From: Spirochaetia bacterium
Lineage (GTDB): Bacteria; Spirochaetota; Spirochaetia; UBA9216
NCBI GenBank assembly: GCA_963677925.2
Contig: CAXXYH010000004.1
Coordinates: 1,408,001 to 1,472,000 of the forward strand
DNA: 64,000 nt
Reading direction: 5' to 3'
Each line of letters begins with the position of its first letter. The stretch's first letter is position 1. The translations under genes were made by a program, and so were the position numbers. Shown here in pieces: positions 36,941 to 47,349 of this stretch. The notes under the pieces are model-generated. The model was not told the DNA's origin and made no database searches. It saw nothing but the letters and a program-made list of their open reading frames with translations.

Positions 36941-39172
36941 ATGAGTACCATAAAAGATGTTGCAAAACTGGCCGGAGTATCACTGGGAACTGTATCCAAT
37001 GTGCTTAATGCACGGAATGCTGTTAACCCCGAGAAAGTAAGGCGGGTTCAGGAAGCAATAGAAAAGCTGAATTACAAACCCCATGAAGCTGCCCGCAGCC
37101 TGAAAACCAGCAGAACTATGAATGTAGGTGTGGTTCTGCCTGATATCATTGACCCCGTCAAATCAGCAATATTTACGGGTGTTGAAAGAGTTCTCTCCCA
37201 GCACGGCTATACGGTAAGTCTGTATACTACATCTGATATCCCTGCGAAAGAGAATGCTGTTATCGAGAGAATTCTCAATCTGCGTACCGACGGTCTCATT
37301 ATTTCAACATGTCAGCCTGAAAATATACAGGTTTTTGAACAGCTTGCTGAATCAGGTACTGCGCTTACCTTTATTGAAAGAGCGGCCAAGGAAGGCGAAT
37401 ACCATCTTGTGGAGTTCGATAACTACAGTTCTGTATTCAGAACAGCATCGGAAATTATTGAAAGCGGAATTACAGATATTCTGCTTATTACCGGACCTTC
37501 GCAGTATTCAAATGAACAGCAGTGTATTGATGCATACAGGAAAGCCTGTTCTGAAGCAGGTAATGCTAATATTAAATCAGCTGTACTTTCTATAAATTAC
37601 AATAAGGAAAACTCATTCAGACATTTCACAAAATATCTGCAGAGAAATTCACTTCCAGGTGCCGTAATATGTACCGGTACTCCTCTCGTTCATGGAGTAA
37701 TTAAAGCCCTTGATATGCAGGCAGTTGAGCATGAATCTCTTCCGCAGCTTTATTCTCTGTCCGAGGAAAACTGGGCGGAAGTTCCTGTAGGCGATTTTTT
37801 CAGGATTGCAAGAAGGCCGATTACGCTGGGAGAAAAAGCTGCCGAGCTTCTGCTTGAGGAAATCGAAAGCAACACGGCATTCGATTCAAAACATCTGAAA
37901 ATTAGAAATATGCCTGCAGAAGATAATACCGGTAAAAACATCCATTCAGGTTCAGAGGGGAATACCTCACTAAAGATCCTGATGCTTAACAGTCCTTCAT
38001 TCCGTGCTCTCAAAAATCTCGTTCCCGACTTCAGGAAAAAATACGGAATAGATCTGCAATTCGACAGTTTTGAATACAGTGAGCTTTCCTCGATAATTAA
38101 TGATCCTGAGCTTAGAAATAAATTTGATGTTTTTCAGGTCGATATCCCATGGCTTACAGAACTCGCCCAGAGCGGAGCCCTTCTGAATCTTTCCGGGTAT
38201 ATCGAGAATATAGAACCTATCGCTGATACCTTTATTCCGGGAGTTCTTTCGGCATATTCAGAATATGAGGACGGTATTTATGCAATGCCGTTTATGTTCG
38301 GAACACAGCTGCTGTATTACAGGCGGGACCTCTTTGATGACCCTTCAAATAAACTCATGTTCCGTGAAAAATATGGTTTTGATCTCAATATCCCGAAGAC
38401 ATGGGCTGAATACAATCTTATCTCCGAATTTTTTACCCGGAGTATAAACCCCGAATCACCGGTCATGTACGGAACAACTCTGGGCGGTAAAATATACAGC
38501 GGTGCCGTCTGTGAATTTCTTCCGCGAATGTGGGCGTACGGCGGGGAGATTCTGGATAAGAACGGGCGTGCTGCTCATGATCGTTCAGCAATAGTCAAAG
38601 CCCTCAAGATCTATACAGAAAGCTACAGGTATGCTCATCCTGATTCCGCAGATTACTGGTGGGATGAACAGGTCCATGAGTTTATTTCCGGAAATGCTGC
38701 AATGATGATTCTATTTATTGCCCATGCTACAGATCTTGCCGATCTTACTGATTCCGATATTGTCGGAAAAATCGGTTACGATGTAATTCCAGGAGGCTGT
38801 CCAATGCTTGGGGGCTGGTCTATAGCGGTCAATTCAGAATCAGAGAACAAGGATGAGGCTATAGACTTCATTAAATGGGCGGTTTCCAAGGAACTGGCTA
38901 TTCCTCAGACTATTTTAGGCGGGTCAACAGCTTCAATATCACTGTACAAGAGTTCCGAGCTTCTATCAATCTACCCATGGCTGCCCAAGGCTCTGGAGAG
39001 TTTTAAGACAAGCAGAAAGAGAGATATCTCTAAAATTACCACACACGGAAAACTTTCAGAAAAAGATTTTGAAATCATCCTCGGTGAGGCAATTCACAAA
39101 TCAGTTAGAGGTGAACTATCTCCTGAAGCCGCCGTTGAAGAAGCATTTACAAAGATCGAGCTGAAGCTCTAA
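36941..39172 (+). CDS. LacI-family regulator fused to a C-terminal sugar ABC solute-binding domain
   Basis: MSTIKDVAKLAGVSLGTVSNVLN HTH plus LacI sensor domain, a linker, then SBP motifs (YAMPF, LLYYRRDLF, PKTWAEY, GGWSIAVN). No TM segment or signal peptide. Confidence 0.9.
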   Translation: MSTIKDVAKLAGVSLGTVSNVLNARNAVNPEKVRRVQEAIEKLNYKPHEAARSLKTSRTMNVGVVLPDIIDPVKSAIFTGVERVLSQHGYTVSLYTTSDIPAKENAVIERILNLRTDGLIISTCQPENIQVFEQLAESGTALTFIERAAKEGEYHLVEFDNYSSVFRTASEIIESGITDILLITGPSQYSNEQQCIDAYRKACSEAGNANIKSAVLSINYNKENSFRHFTKYLQRNSLPGAVICTGTPLVHGVIKALDMQAVEHESLPQLYSLSEENWAEVPVGDFFRIARRPITLGEKAAELLLEEIESNTAFDSKHLKIRNMPAEDNTGKNIHSGSEGNTSLKILMLNSPSFRALKNLVPDFRKKYGIDLQFDSFEYSELSSIINDPELRNKFDVFQVDIPWLTELAQSGALLNLSGYIENIEPIADTFIPGVLSAYSEYEDGIYAMPFMFGTQLLYYRRDLFDDPSNKLMFREKYGFDLNIPKTWAEYNLISEFFTRSINPESPVMYGTTLGGKIYSGAVCEFLPRMWAYGGEILDKNGRAAHDRSAIVKALKIYTESYRYAHPDSADYWWDEQVHEFISGNAAMMILFIAHATDLADLTDSDIVGKIGYDVIPGGCPMLGGWSIAVNSESENKDEAIDFIKWAVSKELAIPQTILGGSTASISLYKSSELLSIYPWLPKALESFKTSRKRDISKITTHGKLSEKDFEIILGEAIHKSVRGELSPEAAVEEAFTKIELKL

Positions 39173-39223
39173 TCAGGTTTAAATACATTCTGAGAATGTT
39201 AAAAATAATGAACAGGAGGATTT

Positions 39224-40336
39224 ATGGCAAAAGCAGATTTTGACCTGGATCTCAATATTGATCCAGAGATGCCAAAACGCAAAGATTACCGAATCGGCTG
39301 TGTCGGTGCAGGTTTTATAATGCGTGACTGTCATCTGGTTGCCTATCGTGATGCAGGATTTAATCCAGTAGCCATTGCGTCAAGAACCAGGGCAAATGCA
39401 GATGCTGTAGCTCAGATGCACAGCATTCCGACAGTCTACGACAGCTGGCAGGCACTTGTTAAGGATCCGGAAATTGAGGTACTTGATATAGCATACCCGC
39501 CGGATCAGCAGCTTGAAATTATAAAGGCTGCCGTAAAAGAAAGTTCCCATATAAAGGGTATTCTTACACAGAAGCCGATCGCAATGAATCTTGATGAGGC
39601 TGTACAGATTGTAAAGCTTTGCAAGGATGCCGGCATCAAGCTGGCGGTTAATTCAAATATGCGGTATGACCAGTCAATCAGGGCTCTAAAGACGGTTCTT
39701 GACCGCGGATATCTTGGAGAACCGGTACTTGCTACAATTGACATGAGAGCAATACCGCACTGGCAGAAATTTCTTACGAAATATGACCGGATTGAAATCC
39801 TTAACATGGGTGTACACCACCTTGATGCATTCAGGTACCTTTTTGGTGATCCCGAAAAAATTACAGCGGTTACCAGAAAAGACCCGAGAACCACATTCGA
39901 GCACATCGACGGAATTTCCCAGGTTACATACAAGTATGCCAATGATTTTATGGCAACTACCCTTGATGATGTCTGGGCCGGACCAACCGAGGGCGCAGAA
40001 CAGGATTACTACATCAGGTGGCGTGTTGAAGGTACAGACGGAATAGCACAGGGTACAATAAACTGGTTTGCTCCAAGTCCGACTCCAAGCACAATTGATT
40101 TCACCACAAAGCAGTTTCCTAATCAATGGTTCAAACCAAGATGGAACAAGTTCTGGTTTCCCGATGCCTTCCAGGGAACAATGGCGCAGCTTTTAAGGGC
40201 TATTGAAGATGACTGTGAACCTGAAATAAGCGGAACAGACAATCTCAGGACACTGGCCGTGGTTGATGCAAGCTACCTTTCAATTAAAGAGGAAAGAACA
40301 GTAAAACTCGAAGAGATACTGTCAAAAATAAATTAG
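39224..40336 (+). CDS. Gfo/Idh/MocA-family oxidoreductase
   Basis: IGCVGAGFI, QKPIA, N.RY, VHHLDAFRYLFG. Confidence 0.92.
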   Translation: MAKADFDLDLNIDPEMPKRKDYRIGCVGAGFIMRDCHLVAYRDAGFNPVAIASRTRANADAVAQMHSIPTVYDSWQALVKDPEIEVLDIAYPPDQQLEIIKAAVKESSHIKGILTQKPIAMNLDEAVQIVKLCKDAGIKLAVNSNMRYDQSIRALKTVLDRGYLGEPVLATIDMRAIPHWQKFLTKYDRIEILNMGVHHLDAFRYLFGDPEKITAVTRKDPRTTFEHIDGISQVTYKYANDFMATTLDDVWAGPTEGAEQDYYIRWRVEGTDGIAQGTINWFAPSPTPSTIDFTTKQFPNQWFKPRWNKFWFPDAFQGTMAQLLRAIEDDCEPEISGTDNLRTLAVVDASYLSIKEERTVKLEEILSKIN

Positions 40337-40346
40337 GAGATATTAA

Positions 40347-41249
40347 ATGCTTTCAGTAGGAATTTTTAACGGTTATTTTCCGTACACACTTGATAAGTCA
40401 ATTAAATGCCTTAAAGACAACGGCTTCCAGACTGTTCAGCTGGATCTGTCTTTTAAAGACATTGACTTTTCCGCGGGAAATATAACAAAGCAGAACTGCC
40501 ATAAAGTAAGAGATGCTTTCAGGGATGCAAATCTTCCGGTTTGCGCAATTTCAGGATATACCAATATTATTCATCCTGACCTTGATGAAAGAAAAAGAAG
40601 AGTTGATTACCTTAAAGAAATAATCAGAAATGCAAGGGATCTTGGTACTCCGTATGTAATTTCAGAAACAGGAACATATAATACCGAGAGTGACTGGGTT
40701 CACCATCCTAAAAACAAAACAGAAGAAGGCTATGAGGAATGCGTGAAGGTAATCTCCGAGCTTGTTCAGGAAGCCTATGATCACGGTGCTGTTTTTCTGG
40801 TAGAAAACTATGTTAACAACGTAATCGGTTCAATAGATGAAGTGAACAGACTCTTTACCGACATCAATCATCCTGCAATGGGACTGCTGATGGATCCCAC
40901 AAACTATTTTGATGACTCAAATATCGATCATATGGATCTGACACTTAACAGGATATTTGATTCCGTAGCAGACAAGATAAAAATTGCACATGCCAAAGAT
41001 TGTAAAAGGGCCGAGAATACTGTTGAAAAACATGCCGACCTTGATGCGTCAGAAGCTCATACATTCAGAGGCGCAGGTGCTGTAGAACTTCCGGCTCCCG
41101 GAACAGGTTCACTTAATTACGAACTCTACTTTAAGAGACTGTCAAAGTTATATCCGAATATTCCGGTCATAATTGAACATCTTGAGGAAGACTATATTCC
41201 TACTGCAAAGAAATTTGTTGACGGAGTACTGAAGAAAGTAGGGTGCTAA
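40347..41249 (+). CDS. Sugar-phosphate isomerase/epimerase family (AP_endonuc_2 TIM barrel)
   Basis: Metal-ligand motifs VEN, MDPTN, AHAKD and IIEH. Confidence 0.9.
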   Translation: MLSVGIFNGYFPYTLDKSIKCLKDNGFQTVQLDLSFKDIDFSAGNITKQNCHKVRDAFRDANLPVCAISGYTNIIHPDLDERKRRVDYLKEIIRNARDLGTPYVISETGTYNTESDWVHHPKNKTEEGYEECVKVISELVQEAYDHGAVFLVENYVNNVIGSIDEVNRLFTDINHPAMGLLMDPTNYFDDSNIDHMDLTLNRIFDSVADKIKIAHAKDCKRAENTVEKHADLDASEAHTFRGAGAVELPAPGTGSLNYELYFKRLSKLYPNIPVIIEHLEEDYIPTAKKFVDGVLKKVGC

Positions 41250-41404
41250 AATGAAATTAAACTGGAACATCGCCGTCCTGTACGCGACTGCTTCATGCGG
41301 GAACATGGTAGAGCAGACAGCATACAGAACAACGAAGAATTAAGACCCTTCATTATAGCTGTTCCAGTTGAAAAATTCAATCTACTCAATATTTGGAGGA
41401 GTGT

Positions 41405-42460
41405 ATGAAAAGAACAGCTGTCATGATCCTGGCGGCGCTGGTGATGCTTGCCGTCACCGGAGGAATGGTTCTTGCTGAAGGTCAGCAGGAAAAAGCAGAT
41501 GGAGGTTTTGTTGTAGGTTTCAGCAATGGTTACATTGGTAACGGCTGGAGAACACAGATGATCGATTCAGTTGAAGACCTTGCCGCATACTACAAGGGTA
41601 AGGGCTGGATTAGTGAAATCGTCATTCAGAATGCCGGTCTTGATACCAACAATCAGATTGGTCAGATCAGAAACATGATTGCCATGGGTGTCGATCTTCT
41701 TCTTATAGATCCCAACTCGGAAACAGCTCTTAATCCTGTAATTGAAGAAGCTAATGATCTGGGAATTCCGGTAATAGCACTTGATGCACCTGTTACAAGT
41801 CCTTACGCAATCAATATCGTTATTGATCAGGTTAAATGGGGTGCTAATCTTGCTCAGTGGTTCTGTGATGAGCTTGGCGGTGAAGGTAATATTGTTATCG
41901 TAAGCGGTATTGCAGGACACCCTGCAAACGTAAACAGACTCAGGGGAATGCATGATGTGCTTAAAAAATATCCCGGCATAAAGGTCCTCACAGAAGTTAA
42001 CGGAAACTGGGATCAGGCAAGCGCACAGCAGGTTGTTTCAAACCTTCTTACTTCATATCCTGAAATTGACGGAGTTCTTACCCAGGACGGTATGGCTCTC
42101 GGTACAGTAAATGCTTTTATTGCCGCCGGCCGTGAAGTTCCTGTGGTTACAGGTGAGCTCATGATGGGATATGTCAAAAAGTGGAAAGAGCTGAAGGATG
42201 CTGATGGATTCTCTTCATATGGTCAGAACAATCCTCCCGGAATAGGTGCCACAGCACTTGGTGTCGGTGTAAGGATGCTTCTCGGTAAGGAACTTAAAGA
42301 CGGTCTTATCGAGGATGAAAACTATCTTTACTACAATGTAAAAGACCATGTAAAGAACGACAATCTGAATACATATTTTGATGAATACCAGTTTGAACCC
42401 GATGCTTACTTTATTGATGAGTGGCTTACGGAAGAAGAACTGGACGCACTTTTCAAGTAA
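41405..42460 (+). CDS. Sugar ABC substrate-binding protein
   Basis: Signal peptide ..VLAEGQQE, GFSNGYIGNGWRTQM, QIGQIRNMI, GNWD. GGAGGA SD. Confidence 0.92.
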   Translation: MKRTAVMILAALVMLAVTGGMVLAEGQQEKADGGFVVGFSNGYIGNGWRTQMIDSVEDLAAYYKGKGWISEIVIQNAGLDTNNQIGQIRNMIAMGVDLLLIDPNSETALNPVIEEANDLGIPVIALDAPVTSPYAINIVIDQVKWGANLAQWFCDELGGEGNIVIVSGIAGHPANVNRLRGMHDVLKKYPGIKVLTEVNGNWDQASAQQVVSNLLTSYPEIDGVLTQDGMALGTVNAFIAAGREVPVVTGELMMGYVKKWKELKDADGFSSYGQNNPPGIGATALGVGVRMLLGKELKDGLIEDENYLYYNVKDHVKNDNLNTYFDEYQFEPDAYFIDEWLTEEELDALFK

Positions 42461-42516
42461 CATTTCAGGGGGAGGTTTCCTCCCCCGTGTCTTAACTGAA
42501 TTAGGAGACAATTTAT

Positions 42517-44058
42517 ATGATTTCACAGGATTCTATTCTGTTTGAAGCCCGTGGTATAAGTAAATATTTCGGCGGTGTAACAGCCTTATCCGATGCAAAT
42601 CTCCGGATATACAAGGGCCGTATTTGCGGTCTTCTCGGTGCTAACGGTTCCGGAAAGACTACAGTTTCAAGAATTATTACGGGCATTTATCAGCCAAGCG
42701 GCGGAGAGCTACTTTTTAAGGGTGAACCTGCAGGCATAAATTCTCCGGCCGACGCAGCCGCGATGAAGATTTCGATGGTCCATCAGCACCTGAGTCTGAT
42801 TCCGGAGCTGACTGTCTGGCAGAATATCTGTCTTGGTGCCGAGTCTCTTAAGCCGGCAGGGTTTGCAGATGAGAAGGATTCAAGACAGCGTGCTGCCTCA
42901 GTTCTTAAGGAATTTTCAGATACGATAGATCTTGATGCGAAGGCGGGAAGTCTGTCACCGGCAGAAAAACAGATTGTGGAAATATCAAAGGCATTTTATA
43001 AAAAACCTGAAATCCTGATTCTCGATGAGCCCACTGCCGCTCTTGAACAGGAGGAGGTTCGTAAGCTTTTTGAAGTTTTAAGAAGGCTCAAAAAGGATAT
43101 GGCCATGATCTTTATCTCACACCGGATGTGGGAGGTTTTTCAAATATGTGACTCAATCACTGTTTTCAGAAACGGTGTAAGTGTAGGAGACATAGATTTC
43201 GAAGAAGATGGGATGGATGAGCTGAAGATAGTTTCCCTGATTACCGGTGAATCGGCAGGCTGTGAAGAAAGAGAGATTATGCCGGCTGAGCAGCGAATCA
43301 AGGATGAGATCCTCAATATCAGAAATCTTTCAGTAAGAGGTTTACTGAAGGATATAAACCTGAGCGTCAGGAAGGGTGAGATAGTCGGTATCTCCGGTCT
43401 TCAGGGACAGGGGCAGGAAGAACTGCTCCTTGCATTATCCGGATACCTCTCCTCCTCATATGATCGTTTCAGTATCAATGGAATGCCGCTTCATATCAGA
43501 CACCCCAAACAGGCTATAGCACAGGGTATAGTACTGGTTCCCGGTGATCGTAATGAGGAAGGCCTTTTCACCCAGCATGACATTATGAGCAATATTGTTT
43601 TTCCGCAGTTCAGCGGCCGGGACCATAGAGGCCTCCTGAATAAAAGGAAAATCCGCGATGAAGCTGTTTCTGTAATGAAGAAACTTTCAGTCGCAGCCAG
43701 GGATGAAAAGCAGAAGGTCTCGGAACTCAGCGGTGGAAACCAGCAGAAGGTTGTTGTGGGTAAATGGCTGTCACTTAAACCCTCTGTTCTGCTGTTAAGC
43801 GACCCTGCAAAGGGTGTCGATGTGCATGCAAAAGAGGAACTATATAATGTTGTAAGAGAACTGGCAGAGGATGGCACTTCTGTGATTCTTTTTGCAAGCG
43901 ACAATACGGAACTGATTTCACTCTGCGATCGAATCTGTGTAATGTTTGAAGGCTGTATAGTTCAGGATCTTGAAAACGACTGTCTGACAGATGAAATTCT
44001 TGTATCGCATGCACTCAATATGGGCTGTACTGCGAAAGAGGAGGCCGTAAATGGGTAA
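42517..44058 (+). CDS. Sugar ABC ATP-binding protein
   Basis: GANGSGKT, DEPTAAL, ISHRM, LSGGNQQKVV. Confidence 0.95.
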   Translation: MISQDSILFEARGISKYFGGVTALSDANLRIYKGRICGLLGANGSGKTTVSRIITGIYQPSGGELLFKGEPAGINSPADAAAMKISMVHQHLSLIPELTVWQNICLGAESLKPAGFADEKDSRQRAASVLKEFSDTIDLDAKAGSLSPAEKQIVEISKAFYKKPEILILDEPTAALEQEEVRKLFEVLRRLKKDMAMIFISHRMWEVFQICDSITVFRNGVSVGDIDFEEDGMDELKIVSLITGESAGCEEREIMPAEQRIKDEILNIRNLSVRGLLKDINLSVRKGEIVGISGLQGQGQEELLLALSGYLSSSYDRFSINGMPLHIRHPKQAIAQGIVLVPGDRNEEGLFTQHDIMSNIVFPQFSGRDHRGLLNKRKIRDEAVSVMKKLSVAARDEKQKVSELSGGNQQKVVVGKWLSLKPSVLLLSDPAKGVDVHAKEELYNVVRELAEDGTSVILFASDNTELISLCDRICVMFEGCIVQDLENDCLTDEILVSHALNMGCTAKEEAVNG

Positions 44059-45013
44059 ACTTTTCACAAAATTCAAAACCAGTACAACTTTTCCGGTTTT
44101 TGCGGTTCTGTTCATTCTGGTAATAATCAATGCAATCCTTCAGCCCAGATTTTTCAGTCCGATTGCTTTCAGAATAAACTCGGCAACATTCACACCTCTG
44201 GTCCTTGTCGCCATGGCACAGGGCGTGGCAATCCTGCTTGGAACGATAGATCTTTCCATAGGTGCGGCTGTTACTCTGATTAATGTTGTTATGTCTGTAA
44301 TGATGAGGGATTCCGCCGGTTCAATAATTACGGCCCTTATTGCTGCGGTACTTATAGGACTACTCGTTGGAATTGTAAACGGTGTAACAATAGGAATCCT
44401 GAAGCTGCCGGCAATGGTATCCACCTTTGCCACATCTTCTATCTGGTTCGGCATAGCGCTGATTATTATGCCGCAGCCCGGCGGGTATATTCCTGCATCG
44501 TTTTACCGTCTTTACAAGAAAATGCTGCTGTTCGTTCCGGCGCCGCTTATTCTTGTTGCAATTGCTTTTCTTGTATGGTTTGCCGTAAGCAGACGGCCTC
44601 TCTACCGCTATATTTTTGCAGTAGGCGGAAATGAAAAAGCGGCAGATGCAAGCGGAATTAAAGTATTGTCTGTGAAATTCAAGGCATATATGCTGAGCGG
44701 ATTTTTTACATCGCTTGCTGCAGTTGCGGTAACCTGCCAGGCTGCTTCCGGGGATGCATCAATCGGCCAGCCCTTTACCCTGCAGTCGGTTGCTGCTGTC
44801 ATTGTAGGCGGAGTTGCGTTCAGCGGTGGAAAGGGAACTCTAACCGGAGCTGCCGCGGGGGCGCTTGTTTTCGGGTTTCTAACCAACGTAGTCTTTTTTG
44901 CGAACATTCCCTCACTGTATCAGGATCTTATCCGGGGGATAATTATAATTCTGGCACTTGGTGTTGCAATAATACCAAATCTGAAAATCAGTCCGCTGAA
45001 GGAGGGAATCTGA
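44051..45013 (+). CDS. Sugar ABC permease
   Basis: IDLSIGA, YIFAVGGNEKAA..SG, AAVIVGG. Confidence 0.93.
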   Translation: MGKLFTKFKTSTTFPVFAVLFILVIINAILQPRFFSPIAFRINSATFTPLVLVAMAQGVAILLGTIDLSIGAAVTLINVVMSVMMRDSAGSIITALIAAVLIGLLVGIVNGVTIGILKLPAMVSTFATSSIWFGIALIIMPQPGGYIPASFYRLYKKMLLFVPAPLILVAIAFLVWFAVSRRPLYRYIFAVGGNEKAADASGIKVLSVKFKAYMLSGFFTSLAAVAVTCQAASGDASIGQPFTLQSVAAVIVGGVAFSGGKGTLTGAAAGALVFGFLTNVVFFANIPSLYQDLIRGIIIILALGVAIIPNLKISPLKEGI

Positions 45014-45014
45014 T

Positions 45015-45992
45015 ATGTCAAATACACAAATTCTTTCAACAGGTTCCGGCCGTATCAGGCAGCTTATGGAAAACAGAGTAGCCGCCGCTTTTATAATGGC
45101 AGTTCTGCTGTTTCTTGCAGGAGGAGTAATTAACCGCGGCTTCCTCCATCCGGATCATCTTATGAATGTCCTGGGCCTGTCTTCCTTTCTGGGGATAGTA
45201 GTTCTGGCTCAGACCCTAATTATAATTTCAGGAGGGGAGGGAATCGACCTTTCTGTGGGCAGTATAATTTCACTAAGTACTGTTATGGCTTCACAGATAA
45301 TGGCAGGAAGCAACGGCAGGCTGCTGCCGGCATTGATTGCAGTTCTTGCTGCAGGCTTCGCGATAGGTCTTGTTAACGGCGCCGGTATTTCCTTCCTGAA
45401 AATACCGCCCCTGGTTATGACTCTTGCGATGTCCAGTGTAGTACAGGGGATAGCCCTTGTGTATACCGGAGGGCAGCCGAAGGGCAGGGCTTCTTCACTG
45501 CTTGTTGCAGCAGGTTCGGGGCGCAGCGGGGCAGTACCGAATATCCTTTTTATATGGATTGTAATTATTATTGCCGGTGTACTGCTGCTTGAATCGACTA
45601 AAACGGGTAAAATAGTATACGGTATGGGTGCCAACCGGACCACCGCTGAACTGTCCGGTATCAGGACAAAAAGAACAAGATTTTTCGTTTATGGTTTCAG
45701 CGGGATGATTTCTGCTGTTGCCGGAATATGTCTTCTAGGCTATACAGGAACTTCCTACCTGGATCTGGGATCCGCATATGTTATGCCGACTATAGCCGCT
45801 GCTGTAATCGGCGGGGTTGCCCTCTCCGGCGGTACAGGAAGCTACCTGGGCGCAGTTGCAGGAACAATTGTATTAACAACTCTGAACAGCATCATGGTCA
45901 GCCTGAAATCCGGAGAGGGAGGCAGACAGATAGTATACGGGGCTGTGATTCTTATAGTTCTGACAATTTATTCTAAAAGAGAGAGGAGATAA
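45015..45992 (+). CDS. Sugar ABC permease (second)
   Basis: GGEGIDLSVG, GANRTTAELSG, AAAVIGG. Confidence 0.93.
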   Translation: MSNTQILSTGSGRIRQLMENRVAAAFIMAVLLFLAGGVINRGFLHPDHLMNVLGLSSFLGIVVLAQTLIIISGGEGIDLSVGSIISLSTVMASQIMAGSNGRLLPALIAVLAAGFAIGLVNGAGISFLKIPPLVMTLAMSSVVQGIALVYTGGQPKGRASSLLVAAGSGRSGAVPNILFIWIVIIIAGVLLLESTKTGKIVYGMGANRTTAELSGIRTKRTRFFVYGFSGMISAVAGICLLGYTGTSYLDLGSAYVMPTIAAAVIGGVALSGGTGSYLGAVAGTIVLTTLNSIMVSLKSGEGGRQIVYGAVILIVLTIYSKRERR

Positions 45993-45993
45993 A

Positions 45994-47259
45994 GTGAACT
46001 CAAAGCAGAAAATACAGACAGCAGTAAATCATCAGTCAGGCCCTGTCCCTGTTGATTTCGGCGGATTCCCGACTACAGGAATCCATGTGACTATGGTTGA
46101 AGAATTGAGAAAATTTTACGGCCTCGATGATAAACCGGTAAAAGTATTTGAACCATATCAGATGCTTGGAGAAATAGATGATGACCTTCGCGAGGCTTTA
46201 GGTATAGATACAAAACCTCTCTGGAGTCCATGGACCATGTATGGTTTTGAAAATGAAAATTACCGTCCGTGGACTGCTCCATGGGGCCAGAATCTTATGG
46301 TTCCTGAGGGTTTTGTTGTAACTGAAAAGGCCGGTGCCCTTTCAATATATGCCGGCGGTGATACCGGTTATCCTCCGGCTGCGGTTATGCCTGAGGGCGG
46401 ATTTTTCTTTGATTCAACAATCCGGCAGAAGCCGATTGTTGAAGGCGAACTTAAGGTTGAAGATAATCTCGAGGAATTCGGCCCGGTTTCAGACAAGGAT
46501 CTGGATTACTACGCTGATGCTGCATCAGGCCTTAATGATTCTGATTATTACGTTGTCGGAAACCTTGGCGGGACTGCGATAGGTGATATAGCCTGTGTTC
46601 CCGGGCCCGGACTTAAAGATCCCAAGGGTATAAGGGATGTAACTGAATGGTATATGTCAACTGCAATGAGGCAGGATTTTCTCCATGAAATATTTACCAG
46701 GCAGACTGATATTGCCATAGATAATCTTAAGAAAATCCATTCAGTTCTCGGCGATGTAATACAGACGGCCTATATCTGCGGAAATGATTTCGGTACACAG
46801 AACGGTCCATTCTGCTCGGTAGAAACTTTCACTTCACTTTACGCCCCTTATTATGTCCGAATCAATAAATGGATACATGAGAATACCAACTGGAAGGTAT
46901 TCAAGCATTCCTGCGGTTCAATAAGGCCGCTCCTGCGTGAAATTATTGAAACAGGCTTTGATATCATCAACCCGGTCCAGTGGACAGCTTCGGATATGGA
47001 TATGAATATGCTGAAGAATGAATACGGCAGGGATGTAGTCTTCTGGGGAGGGGGCGTGGATACTCAGAAAACTCTTCCATTCGGTACACCTGAAGAAGTC
47101 CGTGCTGAAGTTCTTAAAACCTGCGAGGTCTTTTCCAGAGACGGAGGCTTTGTATTCAATACAATCCATAATGTTCAGGCAATGACACCGATCAGGAACC
47201 TTGCAGCAATGATTGAAGCTGTAAAGGAATTCAATGGAGAGCAGTTTATAAAGGTATAA
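45994..47259 (+). CDS. Uroporphyrinogen decarboxylase / MtaA-CmuA methyltransferase superfamily protein
   Basis: CGNDFGTQ, KHSCG, INPVQ, FWGGGVDTQKTLPFGTPEEV, HNVQ. Confidence 0.88.
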   Translation: MNSKQKIQTAVNHQSGPVPVDFGGFPTTGIHVTMVEELRKFYGLDDKPVKVFEPYQMLGEIDDDLREALGIDTKPLWSPWTMYGFENENYRPWTAPWGQNLMVPEGFVVTEKAGALSIYAGGDTGYPPAAVMPEGGFFFDSTIRQKPIVEGELKVEDNLEEFGPVSDKDLDYYADAASGLNDSDYYVVGNLGGTAIGDIACVPGPGLKDPKGIRDVTEWYMSTAMRQDFLHEIFTRQTDIAIDNLKKIHSVLGDVIQTAYICGNDFGTQNGPFCSVETFTSLYAPYYVRINKWIHENTNWKVFKHSCGSIRPLLREIIETGFDIINPVQWTASDMDMNMLKNEYGRDVVFWGGGVDTQKTLPFGTPEEVRAEVLKTCEVFSRDGGFVFNTIHNVQAMTPIRNLAAMIEAVKEFNGEQFIKV

Positions 47260-47297
47260 TCAGATAATGTGACTTGTATTATCTATAGCTTTTCAAT

Positions 47298-47326
47298 AAA
47301 AAAGGCTGCACAAATGCAGCCTTTTT
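47298..47326. terminator. Bidirectional intrinsic terminator
   Basis: AAAAAAGGCTGCA-CAAA-TGCAGCCTTTTT between convergent genes. Confidence 0.85.
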
Positions 47327-47349
47327 CTATATTAAAATTTTAATGGTTA

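Noticed and set aside
43780-43830. Degenerate Walker B (LLLSDPAKG) in the second ABC domain
   Set aside because: The second domain of tandem sugar-ABC ATPases is often degenerate, so this is not evidence of inactivation.
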